The translations under genes were made by a program, and so were the position numbers. The notes beneath the pieces were generated by a model that saw only the letters and a list, made by a program, of their open reading frames with translations, ran no database searches and was not told where the DNA came from. From positions 745,024-809,023 of the forward strand of contig NIVC01000230.1 in NCBI GenBank assembly GCA_002269645.1: a stretch of 64,000 bases of DNA. Reading direction: 5' to 3'. This document shows, one piece after another, positions 36,139 through 48,292 of this stretch. Source of the DNA: Macrostomum lignano (Eukaryota). Position 1 is the stretch's first letter. Every line of letters starts with the position of its first letter.

Positions 36139-38352
36139 ATGAACATGCCAGCATCCCACTCATCATCAACAGCTGCACATAAGGAGCGTCAGGACATCGT
36201 CAAGGAAGACATGACTCCCAACTGCTACTCGTCCGCTTTGACTTGCGGCGTCTGTTTAGAAGAATTTCGCGATCCAAGAGCTCTGCCCTGTCTGCACACC
36301 TTCTGTCTGGACTGCTTGGTTCGCTTGCAACAGCTTCGGGGCGGCGGCAGCGGCAGTGGCAGCGGTGGCCGTCTTGTCTGTCCGTGCTGCCGTCGGGTCT
36401 GCCAGACGCCGCCGGCGGGCCCCGAGGCGCTGCCAAGAAATTTTCACGTGGCCAGACTGCGCGAGATGCGGCCGCTGATGCAGATGGGACAGGTAAGGCT
36501 TTTGGCAAAGATTTGGCGCAAACCTCAGGCTCTTGTCATACCTGCAACTGGAATTTCCATTGACAGTTTAGGGGACTGGAATTTCCATAGACAGTCTAGG
36601 GGACTGGAATGTCCATAGACAGTCTAGGGGACTGGGATGTCCATAGACAGTCTAGGGGACTGGAATGTCCATAGACAGTCTATGGGACTGGAATGTCCAT
36701 AGACAGTCTATGGGACTGGAATCTCCATAGACAGTCTAGGGGACTACTAGAATGTCCATAGACAGCTAGGAGACTGGAATGTCCATAGACAGCTAGGGGA
36801 CTGGAATGTCCATTGACAGTGGATTAGACGACCCTAGCTGTAGTATGTGCAGGTGGCCCAGCCAAAGGACCAGTCCAACCCCCCTCCACCAGGGCCTGGC
36901 CGAGGAGTTCTCGGACCGGGCCGCCAGGGAGCTCGCTCGACTGCCGGACGAGTCGCGGCTCCGCTCAGACGTTGCCGACTGTCGCCGACGCCTTGCCGAG
37001 CTTCGAGCGAGTCAGCGAGAAATCGACGGAGTCTTCGACGCCATAGAGGAGGCTGTGCGCGACGAACGCGAGGCGATTGGCGAAGCCCTGGCCGGAGCGA
37101 AGGCGCAGGTCAAGGAGAAACGGCGGCGGGCCAAGGACTGCCTGGCCAGGAGGTGTGGATGGGGGGCGGATGGGGGAGGGAGACGCGGATGGGGAAGGAT
37201 CGAGAGGCGGATAGGGAAAGATCGAGGGGCGGATAGGGAAAGATCGAGAGGCGGATAGGGAAAGATCGAGGGGCAGATAGGGACGGATCGAGGGGCGGAT
37301 AGAGACGGATCGAGGGTCGGATAGGGAAAGATCGAGGGGCGGATAGGGACGGATCGAGGGGCGGATAGGGACGGATCGAGGGGCGGATAAGGAAAGATCG
37401 AGGGGCGGATAGGGACGGATCGAGGGGCGGATAAGGAAAGATCGAGGGGCGGATAGGGACGGATCGAGGGGCGGATAAGGAAAGATCGAGGGGCGGATAG
37501 GGACGGATCGAGGGGCGGATAGGGAAAGATCGAGGGGCGGATAGGGAAAGATCGAGGGGCGGATAGGGAAAGATCGAGGTGCGGATATGGAAGGGAGGAG
37601 CAGATTAAGTTATTCTGGGGTAAGAAGAGAGCAGGTGGCGGAGAAGGAAACGGTGGAATGCACGATGAGGCAGTTTTTTGCTGTAATTTTTGGGAGGTTT
37701 GCGGGCAAGATTTACACGAAAATCATCGCGGTTGAGTAGAGCGGCAGTGAACGCGCCTGACTCTCGTGACGATCCCTGGTTCGATTCCTGAACCCCCAGA
37801 TCCGTCTCCGAGCGCCTGCTAGACAGCGCCAAGAGCGATCGGCATCAAGTTGTACTCGAACTGATCGGTGAATTCCGCGAGAAATGCGCCAGCAACCGCG
37901 GCATGAACGCTGCCGGTGGTCTCGACCTGTTCGGAGCCGCCGCTGTGGACTGTTCGACGTCCTCTAGCTCGGAGTCCGCTGCTACTGCTCCTGCCAGGCC
38001 TCCAACTGAGGCTCAGGTGCGCCGCAGACTCCGCACACGGCTGCTCCAGGAGCTGTCCACGGTCAGCCAGCAGCAGCACCAGCAGCAGCAACAGCAGCAG
38101 GCGCCGCCTAATCTGCAGCGAAAATGCAGTCGAAAGCGTCGAAAGCTTCGGCAGAAAAATTTTCCAAGAAAGAAAAATCAACAAACTGCCAGTTCGAGTG
38201 GTACTATTAGTAGTATTGGCAGCGGCGGTGCCACAAAGCGGCGCAAAAGAGCCGAATCGACTGGCAGTTCGAGCCGGCTGTTTGACGACAGCGAAATCGA
38301 TGAGTTATGCCGGGAGTACGGACTGTCGGGCTACGTTATCTATGAAGGTTAA
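36139..38352 (+). CDS. RING-finger (C3HC4) / coiled-coil protein, TRIM-like without a B-box; exons 36139-36492, 36853-37152, 37800-38352; 1-bp frame break in the C6 run 36879-36884
   Basis: CGVCLEEFRDPRALPCLHTFCLDC...CPCCR RING followed by LPRNF; a helical coiled-coil exon; a basic, NLS-like tail. GT-AG junctions fit, and the frame is continuous if one C is removed from the C6 run. Confidence 0.72.
36556..36820. repeat. 28-bp minisatellite in RING-gene intron 1 (CCATAGACAGTCTAGGGGACTGGAATGT)
   Basis: About 9 tandem copies. Confidence 0.92.
37199..37590. repeat. 22-bp G-rich minisatellite in RING-gene intron 2 (GATCGAGGGGCGGATAGGGAAA)
   Basis: About 18 tandem copies. Confidence 0.92.
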
Positions 38353-39073
38353 TCAGTATTCGAAATGAAATCGAATGTACAGTTAACCTGCCATGTAAAT
38401 TGCACGCTCTACGAGTGATTGACAGATAGAAATCTATATGCACCCAAGGTGTTACTTTGATTTATATATCCATTTTTCTATTAGCTAAATTTAATTTTTA
38501 ATTATCCACGAAATGAGAGAGCAAAAAATTTTAACTGTGCTACTTTTAGTAATTTAAACACGTACATGTCAATATAAATTTGCGCCAAATTTTTATTCAA
38601 TTTTTTATTTTCCTTTACTCTGTGTTAGATTTATATGCTAAGCTCTGATTGAGGCAGTTTGATATATTTAGTGAACAAAGACTTTGATCTCGGGTTTTAT
38701 CCAACCCGCTTATTAATATATATCTTATGCAAAGATGTTGTGTGCACACAGGCTGAAACTGTAGTTTATCTTGCAAAATTTTCAGTATTTATTCACCACT
38801 TTTTCGCGTGTAATAATCCTCAAAAAAGAAGACTCAATTGTTTATCTCCGCGCACCCACTTTTTGTTAAGTAGTCTGCAAGTTTTTTGTATAACAGTAAT
38901 CAGCGCAGATTTCCATATGATTAGCTCGATTTTTCAGTTTTTCATCCTTTGCCGTGTCGTGAATAGCTATTAAAATAATAAATAGTATCTTGCCGCTATT
39001 GAATACGCAGTGATACTACTGCTTTAAAATACTTGTGAGTAGTGTTGTTTAGTTCTGGCAATAAATTTAGTTA

Positions 39074-39362
39074 GGTTGTAGCCCAGTGGTCAGAGCGTCG
39101 GACTCACGACTGAGAGGTATTGGGTTCGATTCCCAGCCCACTGAAACAATTTGTCTCCTTGAGCAAGACACTTAACTCTGCGTTGCTTCAGTTCACCCAG
39201 CTGTAAAATGGGTGCCCAGCATTAGCTGGGGTAATTGAGGGTGTGTGTGTGACGACCCCCCCCCGTCTGTGGACTGAACAGCCGTACGCAGCCTTCAGTT
39301 GCACCGCGCAATAGCTGCGGCTGAGCTGTCGGTTGCGCATCTTACCATTGGGGCAGGGGTGA
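39074..39362 (+). mobile_element. tRNA-derived SINE with a conserved central domain
   Basis: A box TAGCCCAGTGG and B box GGTTCGATTCC, then CCTTGAGCAAGACACTTAAC...CACCCAGCTGTAAAATGGGT (resembles conserved-core invertebrate SINEs); a second copy lies at 41897-42082. Confidence 0.85.
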
Positions 39363-39960
39363 ATTCAGTTATTATATAATACGCTCGTAATTGTAAATAA
39401 AGTTAAAATAAAAAGATAACACTAAAAGCAATGTTGAAAATTTTATGAAAAAAACTTCATTGGAGTAAACAATTCTCATGAGAAAGAACAGTTTTCGAAC
39501 AATTCCAAATACGAGCGTATATATTAAAATACAACAGAAAACTTCCGACGTTAACTTGAAAAAAAATTTGACCGCCCGTGCAGAAAACACTCAGAATATC
39601 CGATATTATTTACTAACAGTAGCAACAGTAGTTTTATTCTTTAAAAAAGGCAGGATAATCAAACGAGTTTTAATATGATGCATTTTTTTAACTAATCACA
39701 AGTTTCTCAAAATCAAAATTAAAGCCAAATGTAGTGTATAATCTACTTTTGTAAGAAGTAGCATAAATTCTTGTAAACGATTGGAATACAAAATATTTTT
39801 GTTACAAAAAATTGTAAAGTACATTCAGTTCTAGATTCTCGAATGAAATCAAGTTGTGAGAATTGAACAGCTAACAGGTCTTTGAGGCTGTCAGTGCATT
39901 TTATAAGTACACAATACAGTTCCAAAACATATTCTCAAGATACTTGAGTACACAAGCTGC

Positions 39961-42900
39961 TCACTCTATAGCTCCGTAGTTGCCACCCGGTGGATCCAGC
40001 ACCTGGGCCGAGGCGCGAACTCGCTGGCGCGCATCTTGAGAAGTCTCGCTGAGCAGGCCATCGTCTTCTTCGTTCATCAGCTTTGGGAATTTTAAAAGAT
40101 AAGGGAGAAAAGTTACTAACTAACAAGATGATGAGGCTTTTAGTTATGTCAGTCAAAGTATAGCTACTCTCGCCGTTTACCCAAAATTCTTTAATGTCTG
40201 GACTTAATTACCCTGTAAGCGTCATCATCCTCCAGTGTCTCGTACTTGGCTCCACGATAGATGACCTTCTTATGGTGCAGGTAGAGTACAATCATGTCGC
40301 ACAGGACCGTCGCCTGGTAGAGAATGTAAAGAGCAAGGCATCATCATTAAACCTTCGATTTTTTAACTATTTCAATCTAAAATAGTACCGTTTTTCGATC
40401 AATCTAGAAGAGTGCCATTTTCGATCTAGAAGAGTGCCATTTTCAATCTATAAGAGTGCCATTTTCAATCTAGAAGAGTGCCATTTTCAATCTAGAATGC
40501 CAATCTAGAGTGCCATTTTCAATCTAGAAGAGTGCCATTTTCAATCTAGAAGAGTGCCATTTTCAATCTAGAAGAGTGCCACTTTCAATCTAGAAGAGTG
40601 CCATTTTCAATCTAGAAGAGTGCCATTTTCAATCTAGAAGAGTGCCATTCTCAATCTAGAAGAGTGCCATTTTCAATCTAGAAGAGTGCCATTTCCAATC
40701 TAGAAGAGTGCCATTTTCAATCTAGAAGAGTGCCATTTTCAATCTAGAAGAGTGCCATTTTCAATCTAGAAGAGTGCCATTTACAATCTAGAAGAGTGCC
40801 ATTTTCAATCTAGAAGAGTGCCATTTTCAATCTAGAAGAGTGCCATTTTCAATCTAGAAGAGTGCCATTTTCAATCTGGAAGAGTGCCATTTTCAATCTA
40901 GAAGAGTGCCATTCTCAATCTAGAAGAGTGCCATTTTCAATCTAGAAGAGTGCCATTTTCAATCTATAAGGGTGCCATTTTCAATCTAGAAGAGTGCCAT
41001 TTTCAATCTAGAAGAGTGCCATTTTCAATCTAGAAGAGTGCCATTTTCAATCTAGAAGAGTGCCATTTTCAATCTAGAAGAGTGCCATTTTCAATCTAGA
41101 AGAGTGCCACTTTCAATCTAGAAGAGTGCCATTTTCAATCTAGAAGAGTGCCATTTTCAATCTGGAAGAGTGCCATTTTCAATCTAGAAGAGTGCCATTT
41201 TCAATCTGGAAGAGTGCCATTTTCAATCTAGAAGAGTGCCATTCTCAATCTAGAAGAGTGCCATTTTCAATCTAGAAGAGTGCCATTTTCAATCTATAAG
41301 GGTGCCATTTTCAATCTAGAAGAGTGCCATTTTCAATCTATGAGTGCCATTTTCAATCTATAAGAGTGCCATTTTCAATCTATTGATAGAATGACACATG
41401 AGGGCCAACCATCAAGTTAGAGAGTTTACATGCCTGATCATTAGAAATCTGAGTTTAGTTATCAGAATCCATGATGAATGCAGGAAAAAATTGCTAACAT
41501 GAAACTAATTTTCGATACATATCGGGCAGCACTCACAATACCCAGTAGAGCTAGCCCGGAGCCAAGGTTCATAGTCAGCGGGATGACATTGAAGCGGCCA
41601 GCCCTGCCAGTCACGTAGACAACAAATCTCAGACCGTAGGCTTTGATCAGAGTCCGGTGATCCGTGTCGTTAATCCGATAATAATTGGCGTAACGAAAAT
41701 TCCAGCCTTTAGCAATTTTTGTGTTCTCATCGTCAAGTCGGCGAAATCTGTAAGTCGGATTACAGTAGGAGGCGTCCCAGTCCAGGTTGCAGTCCCAGTT
41801 CACCGTGATGGACACCACGCCGCCCTGCAAGTGTTTGGCGAAGTCAATAAAAATAATAATAATTGACTCAACCGACAGCTCAGCCGCAGCAGCATGGGGG
41901 TTCACCACACAGCCTCAATCACCCCAGCTAATGCTGGCACCCATTTTACAGCTGGGTGAACTGAAGCAATGCAGAGTTAAGTGTCTTGCTCAAGGACCCA
42001 AATTGTTCCGAGTGTGGGTCGGGAATCGAACCCTCGACCTTTCAGTGGTGAATCCGACGCTCTGACCACTGGGCTACAACCCCTTGTCCATTTAATCCAT
42101 GCAAGCATAATAACAGGTGGTCACTCACCACTGTGGCAATTTTAGTGAAATTATCGATGCCAGCCAGTTTAAGAATGTCGCCAATTCGAAACACTGGGCA
42201 GTACATATCCGTGTCAGGGTTGTACACACAGTTCTGCAGCTGGCTTGAGTTGTAATAATCTAGCACGTTGCGGCTGAAGTTTTGGTAAATGTCACATCGT
42301 TTCTAAGAGCTAATACTTAATACTTAAGCACAGTTGAACATCAGTGTGAGAAATGAAAAATCAACAGAACGAATCACCAACCCCACTAAATGACCGGAAG
42401 TGAGGAATCCCCAACCCCACTAAATGACCGGAAGTGAGGAATCCACAACCTCGCTAAATGACCGGAAGTGAGGAATCCCCAACCCCACAAAATGACCGGA
42501 AGTGAGGAATCACAACCACAGAAAAAGACCGGAAGTGAGGAATCCCCAACCCCACTAAATGACCGGAAGTGAGGAATCCACAACCTCGCTAAATGACCGG
42601 AAGTGAGGAATCCCCAACCCCACAAAATGACCGGAAGTGAGGAATCACAACCACAGAAAAAGACCGGAAGTGAGGAATCCCCAACCCCACTAAATGACCG
42701 GAAGTGAGGAATCCACAACCTCGCTAAATGACCGGAAGTGAGGAATCCCCAACCCCACAAAATGACCGGAAGTGAGGAATCACAACCACAGAAAAAGACC
42801 GGAAGTGAGGAATCCCCAACCCCACTAAATGACCGGAAGTGAGGAATCCACAACCTCGCTAAATGACCGGAAGTGAGGAATCCCCAACCCCACAAAATGA

Positions 42901-44802
42901 CCGGAAGTGAGGAATCACAACCACAGAAAAAGACCGGAAGTGAGGAATCCCCAACCCCACTAAATGACCGGAAGTGAGGAATCCACAACCTCGCTAAATG
43001 ACCGGAAGTGAGGAATCCCCAACCCCACAAAATGACCGGAAGTGAGGAATCACAACCACAGAAAAAGACCGGAAGTGAGGAATCCCCAACCCCACTAAAT
43101 GACCGGAAGTGAGGAATCCCCAACCCCACAAAATGACCGGAAGTGAGGAATCACAACCACAGAAAAAGACCGGAAGTGAGGAATCCCCAACCCCACTAAA
43201 TGACCGGAAGTGAGGAATCCACAACCTCGCTAAATGACCGGAAGTGAGGAATCCCCAACCCCACAAAATGACCGGAAGTGAGGAATCACAACCACAGAAA
43301 AAGACCGGAAGTGAGGAATCCCCAACCCCACTAAATGACCGGAAGTGAGGAATCCACAACCTCGCTAAATGACCGGAAGTGAGGAATCCCCAACCCCACT
43401 AAATGACCGGAAGTAAGGAATCCTCACCCCACTAAAAGACCGGAAGTGAGGAATCCCCAACCCCACAAAATGACCGGAAGTGAGGAATCACAACCACAGA
43501 AAAAGACCGGAAGTGAGGAATCCCCAACCCCACTAAATGACCGGAAGTGAGGAATCCACAACCTCGCTAAATGACCGGAAGTGAGGAATCCCCAACCCCA
43601 CAAAATGACCGGAAGTGAGGAATCACAACCACAGAAAAAGACCGGAAGTGAGGAATCCCCAACCCCACTAAATGACCGGAAGTGAGGAATCCACAACCCC
43701 GCTAAATGACCGGAAGTGAGGAATCCCCAACCCCACTAAATGACCGGAAGTAAGGAATCCTCACCCCACTAAAAGACCGGAAGTGAGGAATCCCCAACCC
43801 CACTAAATGACCGGAAGTGAGGAATCCCCAACCCCACTAAATGACCGGAAGTGAGGAATCAACATCATAAATCCACTAAATCATCAATAGTAATCATGCT
43901 TGGGCGCAACCTTTGGATTCACTCGGCCGTTTCTATTGGCAACAGACACACGTAAGTCGCTATTGGATGGAATAGTAGTCACGTGACTGCTCTCAGCCAA
44001 TACCGACTTACATGTATGTGTTGCCAATAGAAACGGCCGAGTGATTCCCAAAGTTGCGCATGTATGATAGTAATTAAAAAACGAACCGTTTAACGCCAAA
44101 CAAAGGAAACTCAATGCTGTCCTTGATGAGCACAGTGAAGTTCACAGCCTCTGGGAACATGGTTCCGCCAGCCGGTAGCTGGTCGACCTCAACCGGGCAC
44201 CAGGCCAAAATTTCGCATGATGTTTTATTGGGCGCCTGGCTTGACGGCACGCACCGGCCGGTGTTGACTCCGTTGCCAAGCATCTGCGGCTTGCCGGCCG
44301 GGCAGTCCGCGTCCGAGAAGCAGGGCGCCACGCTGGGGTCTTCGTCGCATGCGCCCTGCGTCTGGTCCCGGGTCACCACCGCGTTTGTGGTGATGAAGAA
44401 TGCGTTGTTCTCCTGGGGTTGTGGTTGGTGGCGACTCTGATGTGGCCTGTCTGTCTGCCTGATTGCCTCTCTGTATGTCTGCCTGTCTGTCTCTGTCTGT
44501 CTGTCTGCCTATCTGCCTATCTGCCTGTCTGTCTGCCTGCCTATCTGTCTCTGTCTGCCTGTCTGTCTGTCTGTCTGCCTGCCTGCCTGTCTGTCTTAGT
44601 GTCTGCCTGTCTGTCTGTCTGTCTGTCTGCCTGTCTGTCTGCCTGCCTGTCTGTCTCTGTCTGTCTGTCTGTCTGCCTATCTGCCTGTCTGCCTGTCTGT
44701 CTGCCTGCCTATCTGTCTCTGTCTGCCTGTCTGTCTGTCTGTCTGCCTGCCTGCCTGTCTGTCTTAGTGTCTGTCTGTCTGTCTGTCTGTCTGCCTGTCT
44801 GC

Positions 44803-44836
<34 letters not shown>

Positions 44837-46328
44837 GTCTGTCTGCCTGTCTGTCTGTCTGTCTGCCTGCCTGCCTGTCTGTCTGTCTTAGTGTCTGTCT
44901 GTTTGTCTGTCTGTGTATATAAAGCATGTGTCTCAGTGCCAATTTGTCTTGGATGCCTGTCTAAAATTCCTGCACAGTTTGTCATCTTTGTCTGTCTTAC
45001 AAGGCATCAATGGCAAGTCATGACAATGTCTATTTATTGCATTGATCATTCCCCGAACGAGACTTAAAGCAACAGTGCTGCACACACACCTTTTAGAAAG
45101 AGATCATTTAATATAAACAAAAATATAGAAAGTAAAAAGGCAAACCTGCGGTGGAACAACATAGTCCGCAACATCCCAAATCCTGGCGCCAATACTTGTG
45201 CCAGTGAGGTTGGTGTATTGAACTCCTTTCACCTTGGTTGTCACTCCACTAACCACATCGTCAAAGTCTTGGTAGCCTTTTTTGTAGACAACAACCCATC
45301 TAAATGATAAGTGAGATTTAATTTCAAATATAGGTTATGTATGTTGGGTAGGCCTAAGGAGAACATAAAGAGAAAAGCTTTTTTGATGCTTATTAATAAA
45401 AACAATAGCAGAAAATAATGGGTCGTATTACTACAATATAATGTTATACCTATTATTTATATAGGTGAATTAAATATTACTATATGCATAAATTTAAGAA
45501 TTTTCGCTGTTTGGGATTATTCTTATATCCCCCTAGTTACATCAATTATAATTCTTGGATTTAGTAATAAATATAATAACTCTTGAATTGAAGAACCTCT
45601 GTAATTATGGGTACCTATAATTCAGTATGAAGGAAAGTTCTGTTGTCCTGCAACTTCACTCTTATATAGTAAGCTCTTCAAGTATTACTAAATCCAAGTG
45701 TTACTAAGTTCAAGCATTACTAAATTCATCATTATTAAATTTTGGTTACTAAATTCAAGGGCATTAGGAAAACCCGAAGCAAGGGCACTCCCAGATGTGC
45801 TTAGAGAAATCCTGGCATATATGTTGCCTTCCAAACTATGGTTGCCTTATAAGATTATATTCTTAATTGAGATGAAAAAATATTTACTTTTTTACCTGGA
45901 AATAGTACTAAGTTGAATTCTTAGTTTTATAGTATAATAATAAATGTTAACATGGCATGTATACAATCCATCATTTTACTGTACATTAAATATTTATGTA
46001 GGCCAACATCAAAACCTTTGAATAGCTGATACTTCATAGTGGCCCTAGCTATCCCCAAGAACAGTTCAGAATGAAATTCACGAGTTCCTATTTATATATT
46101 AGTACGATACAGCATAGAAAAAATGCATATTGCAAATAGAAATATTAATACAAATAAATCTTCTCACCCAATCACGTAGGCTATGATAAGCAGCTGAATA
46201 AGTCGATAAATTACTGAAACTTTAATGCTACTGATCTGAACAACTTTTGATGTTTCATATCTAAACAACGCTCCAAAGCCGCGATCAACCGTTTTCACGG
46301 CAATATTTGATCTAGCATTTGAAGTCAT
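39961..46328 (-). CDS. P2X: P2X purinoceptor (ATP-gated cation channel), 431 aa; exons 46328-46168, 45299-45146, 44412-44087, 42273-42129, 41824-41537, 40313-40212, 40080-39961
   Basis: YETSK N-terminal motif, TM1, KGYQ, TTKVKG (ATP-binding lysines), all 10 ectodomain cysteines, GWNFRYA, RTLIKAYG, TM2 (GSGLALLGI|ATVLCD), YxxxK (YRGAK). Seven GT-AG exons with consistent phases total 1296 nt. Confidence 0.96.
40403..41382. repeat. 22-bp satellite in P2X intron 5 (TTTTCAATCTAGAAGAGTGCCA), ~44 copies
   Basis: Direct tandem periodicity of 22. Confidence 0.96.
41897..42082 (-). mobile_element. tRNA-derived SINE (3'-truncated copy) in P2X intron 4
   Basis: Reverse complement of 39074-39250 with scattered substitutions; A and B boxes intact. 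Confidence 0.85.
42376..43860. repeat. 33-34-bp satellite with a 135-bp (4-monomer) higher-order repeat in P2X intron 3
   Basis: Constant GACCGGAAGTGAGGAATC plus four alternating tails; 45-codon periodicity in the spurious ORFs. Confidence 0.96.
44446..44915. repeat. (CTGT/CTGC)n microsatellite in P2X intron 2
   Basis: Imperfect tetranucleotide run. Confidence 0.93.
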
Positions 46329-46704
46329 CTTTACTGCATTTGTGTGAACAGTAAACGTATAATGAAGCGGTAGTAGGTAGTAGTAGAGTACATGTAAATC
46401 TGATTGCGCGTTCAGCAATTCAAAATACAATATTTATCAGTATTAAAAGTCATTTCTAAGAAATCATAAACTTAAAATCTCGCGTAAAATATCGTGGTCG
46501 AATTGGTTACGAGCGAGAAACTGTCTGGAGAGAGAAATCTACAAAAAATTACTAATGTTGTTTTGGCGAACCAAGGATGAATCCTTGTTCTTTATCGAAT
46601 TAGTTCGAGTTCGAATTAGCTGTTCGAATTTGAAGAAATCCATTTGCAATTTATATTTGCAGAGATAATGGCCATATCCACTACTAAATATTACTACAAA
46701 TTAA

Positions 46705-46945
46705 CCTACTACTACTACTACTACTAATACTAGTACTACTACTACTACTACGACGACGACGACGATGACGACTACTACTACTACTATGACGACTACTACT
46801 ACTACTACTACTACTACTACGACTACTACTTACTACTACACTACTAACTACTACTATTTACTTACATGTATGCTGCCTGTCTGCCTGATTGTCTCTCTGC
46901 TGTCTGTCTTAGTGTCTGTCTGTCTGTCTCTGTCTGTCTGTCGGT
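46705..46945. repeat. (ACT)n microsatellite followed by a short (CTGT)n tract
   Basis: Trinucleotide run, then sequence resembling the start of the 44446 array. Confidence 0.9.
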
Positions 46946-47807
46946 AGTCGGTAAGTGAGTGCTAGTTTATCCATCTATTCTCGGTCTAAAGAATGATTGA
47001 GAGTCTTGCTTTACCCCAGCAACGGGAGTTTTTTGTCTCTCGACTCAAGTACATTCAGCCTGATAATTTAGTCAGGTGTTCTTCGCTCACCCTGCGATCG
47101 GTCCCAGGGCCCCCGCATAAAAGATATAAAAATTACAGACTTACAAACCCTCGACTTTCACTTGCAATTACAGGACGGAATTGTAAAAAACTAGTTATTA
47201 TAAAAATTAAGACCGAGCGGCCCTCACCTGCCTCAGCTGCAGGGCCACATGTGCAGGCTATTAATCAACTATCTATATATATACCACAGCGGCGGCAGAA
47301 ATTAAATAGAAGAGAAAAACTGCGCCGCCATGTGTGATTGAAACTGGGGGTAGAGCCCGGCTTGCGCAGTGTACTCAGCCATATCGGATATTAAACCGTG
47401 AGCAGATGCCGAAATCTCTTACAGAGTCCCCCGAGGGGAGGGGGGGGGAATCTCCCTGTGCTCTGCAATTCCGCAAAGTGCCATGCGCCTGTCCTTGAGC
47501 ATGGCAATGAGACCATTTATCGGTCGCCAGAAAAATAATTCCCTAGAGGGAATTGAGGGAATTTTTTCGCAAGGGAGAGAGTGAAGGAAAAGAATCCCTC
47601 TGTGCTGCGATAGGAGGCCCAAGCAAATCCATCAAAATGCAATTTAAGCTAATCAGAGACTCCACATGGACCAGCGCAACTTGCTCTGCAATAGTGAGTA
47701 ACTTCTGTCTCATCTTAATCATCGGATTCTGCCCCCGCCCAGATGCCTACCTTCTTTAGCTGGTTTCTAGTTCCGGCTTTAGTGCGCCAATATCTGCATG
47801 ACTTGCT

Positions 47808-48292
<485 letters not shown>

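Noticed and set aside
39074-39145. tRNA gene
   Set aside because: A and B boxes are present but there is no clean acceptor stem or terminator, and the sequence continues into a SINE body shared with a second copy.
42376-43860. CRISPR-like look (constant 18-bp core plus variable part)
   Set aside because: The variable parts are only ~15 nt and recur in a fixed 4-unit cycle; there are no cas genes and the context is a eukaryotic intron.
47382-47409. U2 snRNA-like stretch on the minus strand (GTTTAATATCCGATA)
   Set aside because: Only ~14 nt resemble U2 stem-loop IIa; the invariant 5' end, branch-point pairing region and Sm site are absent.
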